A stretch of DNA of 64,000 nucleotides from an uncultured Chloroflexia bacterium (GCA_963752475.1 CAVVYR010000029.1:178689-242688), one strand, 5' to 3'. Positions 49,264 to 58,154 are shown, counted from the stretch's first letter. The notes: generated by a model not told the origin, from the sequence alone. Translations and numbers: made by a program.

Positions 49264-50058
49264 TCAGGCCTCCAGTCGCACGATCCGACCCGTGGCGAAG
49301 GGCGTGCCCACGGGCAGACCGATGCGCTCGTACAGAGCGCCAGGCAGCCCGATGTCGGCAAGGTAGAGATCGCCGCTGCGGGCGCGACCGGCGTCGGTGA
49401 GGAGGCCTGCCTTGGGTAGTGCGAGCGTGAGCGTGGCAGCGGCTGCGATGGCGGGTCCGGCAGCGATGCCCGTGTCCGGATCGAGTCCCGAGGGGATGTC
49501 CAGGCTGACGATCCGGCTGCGAGCCTCGCGGATGCGTCCGATCAACGTGGCCACCTCGTCGTGCGGAGCGCCGCGGCCCCGATATCCGAGCACCGCATCG
49601 ATGACGAGGTCGGCCGCGGCCAGCTCATCGTCGATCTCGGCGTCCGTGATGTCGTAGACCGCCATGCAGCAGGAGACGCCCATCTCCAGCAGCGTGGCCA
49701 GCTGGTGGCGACCGGCCTCCGAGAGTCGGCGGGCGGGACGGGCCAGCACGACGCGCACGTGCGCGCCTCGGTTGACGAGGTGGCGAGCGGCGGCCAACCC
49801 TCCCCCACCGTTGTTGCCGGGGCCGACCGCGACGAGCACCCGCCGGTCGCGCGGGTCGCCACCGAGGCGTCGCGTCGCCAGCTCGGCGAGGTGGGAGCCG
49901 GCCTGCTCCATCATCTGCAGCAGGCCGATGCCGAAGACATCGGTCGCGAGGCGGTCGACCTCGGCCATCTCCGCGGCAGTCACGGTCGGAAGCGAGTCGA
50001 GCGCAACGGCCGGGAGCTCGCCGGTGGCCGTGGTGGCCGGGCTGGGCGTAGCGATCAT
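49264..50058 (-). CDS. nnrE: NAD(P)H-hydrate epimerase (stand-alone YjeF_N)
   Basis: MMEQAG, GPGNNGGGG..AAR.L, IDAVLG, SLDIPSG, T.TLALPK.GL, LADIG. Confidence 0.85.
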   Translation of the reverse strand: MIATPSPATTATGELPAVALDSLPTVTAAEMAEVDRLATDVFGIGLLQMMEQAGSHLAELATRRLGGDPRDRRVLVAVGPGNNGGGGLAAARHLVNRGAHVRVVLARPARRLSEAGRHQLATLLEMGVSCCMAVYDITDAEIDDELAAADLVIDAVLGYRGRGAPHDEVATLIGRIREARSRIVSLDIPSGLDPDTGIAAGPAIAAAATLTLALPKAGLLTDAGRARSGDLYLADIGLPGALYERIGLPVGTPFATGRIVRLEA

Positions 50059-50092
50059 GACGCGCAATCTAGCGTCTGCCCCATGACGGTTC

Positions 50093-50108
50093 CGTGATGC
50101 GCCTCACA
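50093..50108. promoter_or_regulatory. CRP-type site CGTGA-N6-TCACA
   Basis: 9/10 match to TGTGA-N6-TCACA, centred about 42 bp upstream of the leaderless nnrE start. Confidence 0.6.
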
Positions 50109-50158
50109 CGTAGGTCTTGGCCGGGGCTCCTGCCGTCCCGCGGCAGACGCAGATCGCG

Positions 50159-50560
50159 TCAGCGCCCGGCAAGCTTCGCCAGCAAGAGCAGCGCGAACGC
50201 GATCAGACACGATGCAAGGGTGCCCGGGTTCTGCCACGGTCGCTGGAAGGGACGAAGGCCGCGCCGTGCCGGCTCGACCTCGATGTAGCCGAGCGGCCGC
50301 GTGATGGCAGCGCCGCCTGCACCGGCGCCTGCACTCGTCATCCTGCCAGCCGTGACGCCACCGCCGGCACCGGTACCGATGAGCCGCTGCGCCACCGGGA
50401 TGACCGTGAACGCCGTCGCGTTCCACGGGCTCGCCGAAGACGGCCTTGGCGCCGGCATGGAGCCCAGCTTGTCGGCCACCGCTCCAGCAGCTGGAGGTAG
50501 CTTCGCGGGTCGCTGCGGCCTCGGCATCGGCGTCACGGCCTGGGTCTCGTCGTGGTTCAT
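50159..50560 (-). CDS. YtfJ/GerW-like protein carrying two compensating frameshifts
   Basis: TVIPVA, Gly-rich stretch and RPLGYIEV in the main frame; AVFGEPVERDG encoded in an alternative frame. Confidence 0.55.
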   Translation of the reverse strand: MNHDETQAVTPMPRPQRPAKLPPAAGAVADKLGSMPAPRPSSASPWNATAFTVIPVAQRLIGTGAGGGVTAGRMTSAGAGAGGAAITRPLGYIEVEPARRGLRPFQRPWQNPGTLASCLIAFALLLLAKLAGR

Positions 50561-50619
50561 CGATCGTTCCTCGTTCGCGGTTCGGTGCGCTTCAGCCCCT
50601 GGGGCCATAGCATGACGAC

Positions 50620-50967
50620 GTGATCGACCAACGCAACCGCCCTGCGCTCATCGGCTCCGCTCTCGCCGGCGTGGCCGCCTTCGTCAGCCTCTGGTTCCTG
50701 GGCCTGCCACCGCTACTGGCCTGGATCGCCGGCTGGACGTTGCCGGCCTTCGCGGTCTACGGCATCGACAAGCGGCAGGCGGAGCACGGCGGTTGGCGCG
50801 TGCCCGAGGTCCTCCTGCATGGCCTTGCGCTGATCGGCGGTGTCATCGGAGCCTGGGCCGGGCGAGCGGTCTTCCGACACAAGACACAGAAGCCGGCGTT
50901 CACCGTCGTGCTCATCGTCGCCAGCATCCTCTGGGCCGTCATCGCACTCTGGGCGCTGTTGGGCTGA
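50620..50967 (+). CDS. DUF1294 membrane protein
   Basis: YGIDKRQA...WRVPE..LH.LALIGG..GA....FRHKT.K..F. Confidence 0.88.
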   Translation: MIDQRNRPALIGSALAGVAAFVSLWFLGLPPLLAWIAGWTLPAFAVYGIDKRQAEHGGWRVPEVLLHGLALIGGVIGAWAGRAVFRHKTQKPAFTVVLIVASILWAVIALWALLG

Positions 50968-51025
50968 CCATGGCGGACCGTCGCCGTCACAAGCGCACTC
51001 TGGGCCGCAGGCGCAGAATCACGAC

Positions 51026-51943
51026 ATGCTCGCTCTCAAACGCGCCCTCGCGGCGCTTGCCCTGTCCAGCCTTGTCGCGACCGGCGGCGGCACCGTGGTG
51101 GCCCAGGAGCCGCTGACCATCATCGATGTCGACGGTGTAGAGGTGGCCGTCGAGGACACTTCGCGCGTTGCGACACTCGGTGGCGTCTTCACCGAGACGG
51201 TCTACGCCCTCGGCGCGCAGGACCGGATCACGGCCATCGACGCCTCCAGCTTCTACCCGCCCGAAGCGCTCGAAGAGAAGCCGAACTTCGGCTACTACCG
51301 CTTCCTCTCGGCCGAGCCGGTCCTGGCCCAGGACCCGAGCCTCATCATCGGCAACGAGGAGACCGGCCCGCCCGAGGTCGTGCAGCAGCTGCGTGACGCC
51401 GGCGTGCCCATCCTGCTGCTGCCCGACAACAACGATGTCCAGGCCGCGCGCGACCTCATCGACACGCTCGGGCAGATCTTCGACAAGGGTGAGGAGGCCG
51501 CGGCGCTGATCGACCAGCTCGAAGCCGACGTGACCGCGGCCGAGGAGCTCGTGGCCCAGGCTCAGTCCAGCCCGCGCGTGCTCTTCGTGCTGCAGCCCCC
51601 GGAGGCCCCGATGCTCATCAGCGGTGAGGTCAGCGCGGCCGGCAACATGATCACGCTCGCTGGTGGCTCGCATGTCTTCCCCGGCTTCCCCGGCTACATC
51701 CCCATGACCCCTGAGGGCATCGTCGAGTCGGCGCCGGAGGTCATCCTCACCACCGACGCCTCGGTCGAGCGCCTTGGCGGCTGGGACGCGGTCATGGAGC
51801 ACCCAGGCATCGGCCAGACGCCGGCCGCGGAGGACGGCCGCGTCTATGCCATGGAAGATCTCTATCTCATGGGCTTCGGCCCGCGCACCGGCCAGGCCAT
51901 CGCGGACCTGGCCCTGCTGCTGCACCCGGAGCTCGAGCCGTAG
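51026..51943 (+). CDS. Heme/iron ABC substrate-binding protein (HmuT/PhuT-like)
   Basis: Signal peptide, RV.TLGG..TE.VYALG, GYYR.LSAE, GPP, GFGPRT. Confidence 0.85.
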   Translation: MLALKRALAALALSSLVATGGGTVVAQEPLTIIDVDGVEVAVEDTSRVATLGGVFTETVYALGAQDRITAIDASSFYPPEALEEKPNFGYYRFLSAEPVLAQDPSLIIGNEETGPPEVVQQLRDAGVPILLLPDNNDVQAARDLIDTLGQIFDKGEEAAALIDQLEADVTAAEELVAQAQSSPRVLFVLQPPEAPMLISGEVSAAGNMITLAGGSHVFPGFPGYIPMTPEGIVESAPEVILTTDASVERLGGWDAVMEHPGIGQTPAAEDGRVYAMEDLYLMGFGPRTGQAIADLALLLHPELEP

Positions 51944-51996
51944 CGCGCCCGGGGCTGAAGCTCGCCCTTCTTGCCGCCGTCCTGGTCGCGGCCGTC

Positions 51997-52980
51997 GTGG
52001 TCGCGATGGGCATCGGCGCGGTGAGCATCGCCCCGCTCGAGGTCCTGGCCATCCTCGCCGGGCGGCTCGGTATCGACCTCGGACCGGAGTACAGCGACCG
52101 CCAGGAGACGGTGCTCACGGCCATCCGTGTACCGCGCGTGCTGGCCACGGCGCTGGTGGGTGCCGCCTGGGCCGCTGCCGGCGTGGGCATGCAGGGTCTC
52201 TACCGCACACCGCTGGCCGACCCCGCCCTGGTGGGCATCGGCGCGGGAGCCGCCCTCGGAGCCACGCTGGGCACGGCCGCCGCGGTCTCGTTCGGGATCG
52301 TGGCCGGCTACGGCGGCACCGTCCTCGTCGTAGTGACGGCCTTCGGTGGCGCCCTGGTGGCGGCCGCCATCATCTATCGCGTCGCGGCGTCCTCGGGACG
52401 GGTGGTCGTGGCCACGATGCTGTTGGCCGGCATCGCCCTTTCGGCCTTCTTCGGGGCCGTGACCGCGCTGGTCGTGGCCGCCGGTCGCACACCGGAGCTG
52501 GGCTCGGTCCAGTTCTGGACGCTGGGCTCGTTCGCCGGCATCGTCGGGCGCGACGTGGTCGTGAGCGCACTGATCGTCATCCCCGCCATCGCCGTCCTGT
52601 GGCGCCTGGGGCCGCGGCTCGACGCGCTGGCCCTGGGTGAGACCGAGGCCGGCCATCTCGGTGTCGACGTGCCCTGGCTGACTCGGGTCGTGAGCGCACT
52701 CTTCGCTCTGCTCACGGCCGTGGCAGTCGCGACGGCTGGTGTCATCGCCTTCGTGGCGCTGATGGTGCCGACGCTCGTGCGTGGCTTCGTCGGCCAGTCG
52801 CACCGCGGCGTCGTCATCGGATCGGCGCTGCTCGGCAGCACGTTCCTGGTGGTGGCCGACGTCCTGGCTCGCAGCCTGTTCTCGCCGGTCGAGCTGTCGA
52901 TCGGCGTCATCACCACCGTGCTCGGCGCGCCCTTCTTCCTGTGGCTCCTGCTGCGTGATCGAGGATTGCTGGCCCGATGA
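51997..52980 (+). CDS. FecCD-family ABC permease (HmuU-like); true start may be slightly upstream (in-frame CTG at 51955)
   Basis: IRVPRV, MQGLYR.PLADP, FWTLGS, LGETEA.HLGVDV, G.IT..LGAPFF. Confidence 0.88.
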   Translation: MVAMGIGAVSIAPLEVLAILAGRLGIDLGPEYSDRQETVLTAIRVPRVLATALVGAAWAAAGVGMQGLYRTPLADPALVGIGAGAALGATLGTAAAVSFGIVAGYGGTVLVVVTAFGGALVAAAIIYRVAASSGRVVVATMLLAGIALSAFFGAVTALVVAAGRTPELGSVQFWTLGSFAGIVGRDVVVSALIVIPAIAVLWRLGPRLDALALGETEAGHLGVDVPWLTRVVSALFALLTAVAVATAGVIAFVALMVPTLVRGFVGQSHRGVVIGSALLGSTFLVVADVLARSLFSPVELSIGVITTVLGAPFFLWLLLRDRGLLAR

Positions 52981-53780
52981 CCTACCGCGCATCCGGGGTC
53001 GGCGTTCGGATCGGTGGGGCCACGCTGCTCGACGACGTCTCGCTCGAGATCGGGCCGGGCGAGGTCGTGGCCGTGGCCGGTCCCAACGGTGCCGGCAAGA
53101 CCACGCTTCTGAGCGTGCTGGCGGGTGATCGGCAGCCGACGTCCGGCTCGGTCTCGCTCGATGGCACCGCGCTGGCCGATCAGCCCAAGGTGGAGCTGGC
53201 GCGGCGCCGCGCGGTGATGGGCGCCGACCGGGCCGTGGCCTTCGCCTTCAGCGCCCGAGAGGTGGCGATGATGGGTCGCATGCCACTCCATGGTGGCGAC
53301 CCGAACGAGGCCGACGAGACCGTCATCGACGAGCTTCTTGCCGCGGTCGACTGCGCGGGTCTTGGCGACCGGATCTACGCCACCCTCTCGACCGGCGAGC
53401 GACAGCGCATCAGCCTGGCTCGAGCCGTGGCGCAGGTGACGGAGGCCGATGGGGCCGAGGAGACGGCGCACCGATACCTGCTGCTCGATGAGCCCACGTC
53501 CAGCCTCGACCCAGCCCACCAGCACACCGCCATGCGCCTCATCCGCCGGACGGCCGACGCCGGACGGGGCGTGCTCGCCATCGTCCACGACCTCAACCTC
53601 GCCGCGGCCTATGCCGACCGCGTGGTCCTGATGCACGAGGCGCGAGTGGTGGAGACGGGCACGCCGACCGAGGTGCTGCGACCCGAGCTGCTGGAGGCGG
53701 TCTTCGACATCCCCATGCTCGTCATCCCGCATCCGCAGCTGTCCCACCCGCTCGTCATCGCCGAACCGCACGAGGACTAG
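52977..53780 (+). CDS. Heme ABC ATP-binding protein (HmuV-like)
   Basis: GPNGAGKTT, LS.GE.QR..LAR..AQ, LLLDEPTSSLD..HQ, HDLNLAA.YAD. Confidence 0.88.
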   Translation: MTYRASGVGVRIGGATLLDDVSLEIGPGEVVAVAGPNGAGKTTLLSVLAGDRQPTSGSVSLDGTALADQPKVELARRRAVMGADRAVAFAFSAREVAMMGRMPLHGGDPNEADETVIDELLAAVDCAGLGDRIYATLSTGERQRISLARAVAQVTEADGAEETAHRYLLLDEPTSSLDPAHQHTAMRLIRRTADAGRGVLAIVHDLNLAAAYADRVVLMHEARVVETGTPTEVLRPELLEAVFDIPMLVIPHPQLSHPLVIAEPHED

Positions 53781-54902
53781 GTGGCCACGTTCGGCATCGA
53801 GCAGGTCAACGCCCGCTCGCTGAGAGCACACGGGTTGGCCGAGCCGGTGCGGTCGATGGGCGAGGCCATCGTAGCCGCGGCCGGGATCTACGGCACCTCC
53901 CCCGTCTCGCACGTCGGTCTCGCTGCCCGCCTGGAGGGATACCGGCCGACTGTCCTGGAACGAGCTCGACTCGTGGAGCGCTCGATCCTGCGCACGCCGG
54001 GTCCGCGCGGCTCGGTCTTCCTCGCGCCACGGGAGATGGTACCGGCGTTCCTGGGGCTCAGTCGACCGCGCACCGCTCGGCACGTGCTCCTCAACGAAGG
54101 CGTGGGCGAAGCCGAGCTGGAGCACCTGATGGATCGGGTCGAGGAGGCGCTGACGGGGACCAGCCTGACCTCGCGTGAGCTGCGCGAGCTGTTGGGCGCC
54201 GACGATCCGGGCGGACCCCGGATGACGCTGGTGCTGCGGGCGATGGTCGGCGAAGGCCGACTCGTGGCCGCCGAACCCGTCGGCGGCGAGCGCGCGACCG
54301 CGTTCCGCTACGCCAGGATGGCCGAGTGGGCGCCGGACCTCGAACCCAGGATGTCGGTCGAGGACGCGCTCGCGGTCATGGCCCTGATGTGGATGCGCGC
54401 GAACGGTCCCGGCACGGTCGACGATCTGGCCTGGTGGGCGGGCGTGACCAGGAAGCGGGCGAAGGTCGCCCTGCTGGCGATGGATGCCCGCGTCGTGGAG
54501 GTCGATGGCCTCGAGGGTGAGCAGTGGGCCACCAACGAGGTCATCGACGGGCTCGGGGACGCCGAGCCGAGCGGGGCGGTGCGGCTGCTGCCCATGTGGG
54601 ATACCTGGCTCATGGCGAGGCGGGAGCGCTCGCGGATCCTCGACGAGGCGGCGCGGCCACTCGTCGTGGACAAGAGCGGCAACGTCACCAATACGATCAC
54701 GCTCGATGGGCGTGTGGTCGGCGTGTGGGACGAGGACGGCGACACGCTGCGGGTGGCGATGCACGAGGGTGAGCCGCCCGAGGGGCTGGAGGCTGCAGCC
54801 GATCGGCTTCGCCCGGTGGTCGACTGGACCCGCATCGTCCACGTCGGACCTCGCCCCCTCCCCGTCGGCAAGCAGAACGCGTTCCGCGCACCGCTGCGCT
54901 AG
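53781..54902 (+). CDS. Winged-helix (HTH_42, AlkZ/YcaQ-like) DNA glycosylase family protein
   Basis: L.ARL, RG.VF, GP.TVDDLAWW.G, VRLLP.WD, DGRVVGVW pattern. Confidence 0.8.
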   Translation: MATFGIEQVNARSLRAHGLAEPVRSMGEAIVAAAGIYGTSPVSHVGLAARLEGYRPTVLERARLVERSILRTPGPRGSVFLAPREMVPAFLGLSRPRTARHVLLNEGVGEAELEHLMDRVEEALTGTSLTSRELRELLGADDPGGPRMTLVLRAMVGEGRLVAAEPVGGERATAFRYARMAEWAPDLEPRMSVEDALAVMALMWMRANGPGTVDDLAWWAGVTRKRAKVALLAMDARVVEVDGLEGEQWATNEVIDGLGDAEPSGAVRLLPMWDTWLMARRERSRILDEAARPLVVDKSGNVTNTITLDGRVVGVWDEDGDTLRVAMHEGEPPEGLEAAADRLRPVVDWTRIVHVGPRPLPVGKQNAFRAPLR

Positions 54903-54932
54903 TTCAGAAGCACGTATGGTATCGTGTATGGC

Positions 54933-55151
54933 ATGGAGCGGACGACCGTCTATCTCACCCAGGAGTTGCGAGTCGCACTCAAGGAGGCCTCGCGACGCCG
55001 GCGTGTGAGTGAGGCAGAGCTCATTCGGGAGGGCATCGCGCTCGTCACGGCGGGAGATGCCGCTCCGAGTCCGACCTTGCCCCTGTTCGAGAGCGGCAAG
55101 TCTGACCTCGCGGAACACGTAGACGAGGCACTCGACGGGTTCGGCGAGTGA
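54933..55151 (+). CDS. vapB: Ribbon-helix-helix antitoxin (VapB/CopG-like)
   Basis: RTTVYL...L...LK..S.....SEAELIRE; overlaps the PIN gene; TATCGT 7 nt before ATG. Confidence 0.85.
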   Translation: MERTTVYLTQELRVALKEASRRRRVSEAELIREGIALVTAGDAAPSPTLPLFESGKSDLAEHVDEALDGFGE

Positions 55152-55579
55152 TCCTGCTGGACACGAGCGGCCTATTGGCGGCAGTAGATGCCAGCCAGAG
55201 CCTCCATCGCGAGACCGCTGAAGCGCTCCGGCAAGCGCGACCACCGCTCCTGCTCTCGCCCTTCGTGCTCGCGGAGCTGGACTACCTCGTGGGCAAGTAC
55301 GTGGGCTCGGAAGCCCAGAACGCACTGCTCCGCGAGGTCGAGCGAGGCGTCTACCAACTGGAGCCATTCGATCCCGCGGACATCGCCGCGGCACGTCGAA
55401 TCATCGAGCGGTACGCGGGTCTCGACATCGGGCTGGCCGACGCATCGATGGTCGTGCTGGCGGAGCGCTACCAGCTGACGGATGTGCTTACGCTCGATGA
55501 GCGACACTTCCGGACCATCGTCGGTCCCCGCGGCCGTCCGTTCCGCTTGCTTCCCGCCGACCGCCCATGTGAGGCCTGA
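55148..55579 (+). CDS. vapC: PIN-domain toxin
   Basis: ILLDTSGL, VLAELDY, LADAS, TLDERHF acidic PIN residues. Confidence 0.9.
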   Translation: MILLDTSGLLAAVDASQSLHRETAEALRQARPPLLLSPFVLAELDYLVGKYVGSEAQNALLREVERGVYQLEPFDPADIAAARRIIERYAGLDIGLADASMVVLAERYQLTDVLTLDERHFRTIVGPRGRPFRLLPADRPCEA

Positions 55580-55647
55580 CCCCGGACGCAGGGCCCGTGG
55601 CCGCCGGAATCGGCTATGAATAGGCCGTCTGTTCTATACTGGATGTC

Positions 55648-56277
55648 GTGGCCTCACGGAACCAGCGGGCGGCCAATGCCTCCTACTACCGACGCAACCG
55701 GACGTTCGAGACACAGCGAGTGCGGATCCGGCAGGATGCGACGCGCGACCATCTGCGCGAACTCCGACGGGTGCCGTGTCGGGACTGCGGTGGCGTCTTC
55801 GAGCCGCACCAGATGGACTTCGACCACCGGGACCCGGCCGCGAAGTCGTTCCGCCTCACCTCCGGTACGGCGATGCTGGCTTCTGGCGGCCGCCTCGATG
55901 CAGAGCTCCACAAGTGCGACATCGTGTGTGCGAACTGCCACCGTGTGCGTACGCGAAGCCGTCGTGGTGCCGCGCCTCGCGCCGACGCATCACCAGAACT
56001 CGAGCGGAAGCGCCGCTACTGGCGCGCACAGATCAAGATGCTCGAGCAACTCAAGGATCGACCATGTGACGACTGCGAGGGCTACTACCCGAGCTGTGCC
56101 ATGGACTTCGACCATCGTGATCCGCGGCAGAAGCGCTACACCGTCAGTCGCATGGTCGGCCGCGCCGGAACCGCGCGGATCCTGGCTGAGGTAGCCAAGT
56201 GCGATATCGTGTGTGCGAACTGCCATCGTGATCGCACATACCGGCGACGCGAGGCGGGTTCCTTCGAGCGGGAGTAG
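55648..56277 (+). CDS. Tandem HNH-like endonuclease domain protein
   Basis: Two copies of PCxDC...MDFDHRDP..K...E..KCDIVCANCHR.RT; TATACT 7 nt before GTG; stop codon inside tRNA. Confidence 0.8.
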   Translation: MASRNQRAANASYYRRNRTFETQRVRIRQDATRDHLRELRRVPCRDCGGVFEPHQMDFDHRDPAAKSFRLTSGTAMLASGGRLDAELHKCDIVCANCHRVRTRSRRGAAPRADASPELERKRRYWRAQIKMLEQLKDRPCDDCEGYYPSCAMDFDHRDPRQKRYTVSRMVGRAGTARILAEVAKCDIVCANCHRDRTYRRREAGSFERE

Positions 56278-56343
56278 CTCAGTTGGTGGAGCGCCAGCCT
56301 TCCAAGCTGGATGTCGCGGGTTCGAATCCCGTCTCCCGCTCCA
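56268..56343 (+). tRNA. tRNA-Gly(TCC)
   Basis: 76-nt cloverleaf: GCGGGAG/CTCCCGC acceptor, CCAGC-CTTCCAA-GCTGG anticodon arm, GGTTCGAATCC T arm, U73, encoded CCA. Confidence 0.97.
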
Positions 56344-56435
56344 ATCCTCTCTTTCACGCTTGAAACGACGTCATAACTGCGTGAGGTCGCTGTTCTGGTC
56401 GTTGCCGCAACACTCCCAGACACGACGATCGGCCC

Positions 56436-56840
56436 ATGGAGACGAGGACCGTTGCGGACCCGACAATCGGCAACTACGAGGAACTGGTCGCGTCGTGGCG
56501 CCTCGCTCTGAGGGCTGAGAACAAGTCCCCGAGCACCCTCGTGTCGTACCTCTCGGCAGCCGATGAACTCGGCCGCTACCTCGCGGAACATGGGATGCCG
56601 CGACGGCTCGCCGCTATCCGGCGCGAGCATGTCGAGTCGTGGGTGGCCGACCTTGCGACCCAGCAGTTCTTCCGCTGGGCGGCCGAGGAAGGGGAGATCG
56701 ACGAGTCGCCGATGGCGCGAATGCGACCACCTATCGTGCCCGAGGAGCCTCCGCGGGTCCTCGCCGAGGGCGAGCTCGAGCGGCTGCTCGCGACGACAAA
56801 GGGTCGGGGGTTCGCCACCAGCAGCGGGTCATGCGTCTGA
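56436..56840 (+). pseudogene. Truncated tyrosine recombinase/integrase (core-binding part only)
   Basis: L.AENKSP.T..SY, FFRW..EEGEI..SPM, P.VL...EL..LL; no catalytic R-H-R-Y domain. Confidence 0.8.
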
Positions 56841-56939
56841 TCTCGGTGTCCGCCTTGGCGCTGCTGCCCAAGGCTGTCGCCCCCGTTGCCGTCTGGGACG
56901 ACGCAGGGGGCGACAGGTCGTTTCGCGCGCGACGCCTGG

Positions 56940-57959
56940 TCAGTACTCGACGAGCCCTTCGAACACGATCGAGACGGGGTGCGGGATGGTGGGCAGGCCT
57001 TCTTCGTCGTAGCCGGAGTTGGTGACGGTGCCGGTGAAGCTGATCTGCCCGCTGGCCCCTTCGAACTGTCCCGTGCCGCCGGTCACCTCGGCCATCGACA
57101 CGCAGAGCCATTCGGCCCCGACCTCCTCGACCCAGCTCGGGATGCAGTCGCCGGGTCCGGCGACCGTGATGCTGTCCCCGGCGTCGTTGCTGAACGTGGT
57201 CGTCCCGCCGTGCATGTTCGCGAGGACGTCTTCCGGCGCGTAGCAGTTCTGGAAGACCACAGAGGTCGGGCCCAGAAGTGTCGACTCGCCCGTGGCGGTC
57301 ATGACGCTCGTGAAGCCGATCTCACAGCCAGCCGGGTTCTCGAGGTCGGCGACCATCTCGCCCTCGGCACTGCCGACCATGAGCGGGTTCGCGACGGCAT
57401 CGGTCTCTTCCTGCGGCGCCGCCGCGACCTCAGCGCCGGGCGCCTCCGGGAACGGGGGCAGCTCGCCCGGGTAGACCATGCCCTCGAGATCGAAGCCGCT
57501 GCCGTTGTCCAGTTGGAACAGGATAGCTGAGAGGCCTTCGTAGGCACCCTCGCCGGCCAGCTCGCCGAGCAGGTAGATCTGCGCGTCGTTCGCGGTGGTG
57601 TAGCCGCGGAACGTGCCGCGCCAGGAGCCGAGCTCGTTGTCGATGCCGATAAGGCCGGCGACCACGGACCCCTGGCTGTCGAGGTACCTGTCGTCGTTCC
57701 AGATGGCCCAGGACTCTCCGCTGAGGCGTGGGTCACCCGTGTCGATGGTCCCGCCGAAGCCGTAGTCCCGAACGAGCATCCGATCCTCCTCGAAGAAATA
57801 GGGCGTCGGATCGGTCACGACCGGATACGGCATGGTGCCGCTCAGGAGCGCGCTCTCGGTCGTGACCGGAGCATCCGACTGGGCCACCGTCACGGCGGCG
57901 ATGCCGCCGAGCAGGCCAAGGATGAGCGCTCCCGCCATCGAGAGTCGTACGGTACGCAT
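56940..57959 (-). CDS. Secreted two-domain hypothetical protein
   Basis: Signal peptide; DPRLSG...GEGAYEGL domain followed by a 4-Cys GGTGQFEGASG domain. Confidence 0.8.
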   Translation of the reverse strand: MRTVRLSMAGALILGLLGGIAAVTVAQSDAPVTTESALLSGTMPYPVVTDPTPYFFEEDRMLVRDYGFGGTIDTGDPRLSGESWAIWNDDRYLDSQGSVVAGLIGIDNELGSWRGTFRGYTTANDAQIYLLGELAGEGAYEGLSAILFQLDNGSGFDLEGMVYPGELPPFPEAPGAEVAAAPQEETDAVANPLMVGSAEGEMVADLENPAGCEIGFTSVMTATGESTLLGPTSVVFQNCYAPEDVLANMHGGTTTFSNDAGDSITVAGPGDCIPSWVEEVGAEWLCVSMAEVTGGTGQFEGASGQISFTGTVTNSGYDEEGLPTIPHPVSIVFEGLVEY

Positions 57960-57980
57960 GGCGTCTTCCCCCTGTTCGTC

Positions 57981-58057
57981 AGCGGGTCGGGTTCGCCAGT
58001 GGCTCGGCACGACCCAGGCGGCCAACGTACGCGAGTCGTGCCTCGCAGCCTCCCGCT
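57981..58057 (-). ncRNA. c-di-GMP-II-like riboswitch aptamer (variant), copy 1
   Basis: P1 AGCGGG/CCCGCT, P2 GGC/GCC, tandem GA kink-turn, P3 GGCACGACT/GGTCGTGCC, pseudoknot CGCC/GGCG; ends 21 nt before ATG. Confidence 0.75.
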
Positions 58058-58063
58058 ACCTGG

Positions 58064-58154
58064 ATGGGACATCGGACCGGCCCCGGCTTTCCGAAAACAG
58101 TCAGTGAGCCGATCGAGATGGATCGGGAAAGCCGGACGCTTGAGCGTGACCCAT
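58064..58154. promoter_or_regulatory. Pair of divergent ECF-type promoters GGAAAG-N16-G(T/A)CCCAT
   Basis: Minus strand 58092-58064 and plus strand 58126-58154 share GGAAAGCCGG and identical spacing. Confidence 0.6.

Noticed and set aside
57981-58057. ZTP (pfl) riboswitch, suggested by ACTGGCGAA and CGCCTGGG
   Set aside because: The two motifs occur in the opposite order, downstream genes are not purine/folate related, and the stems fit the c-di-GMP-II layout better
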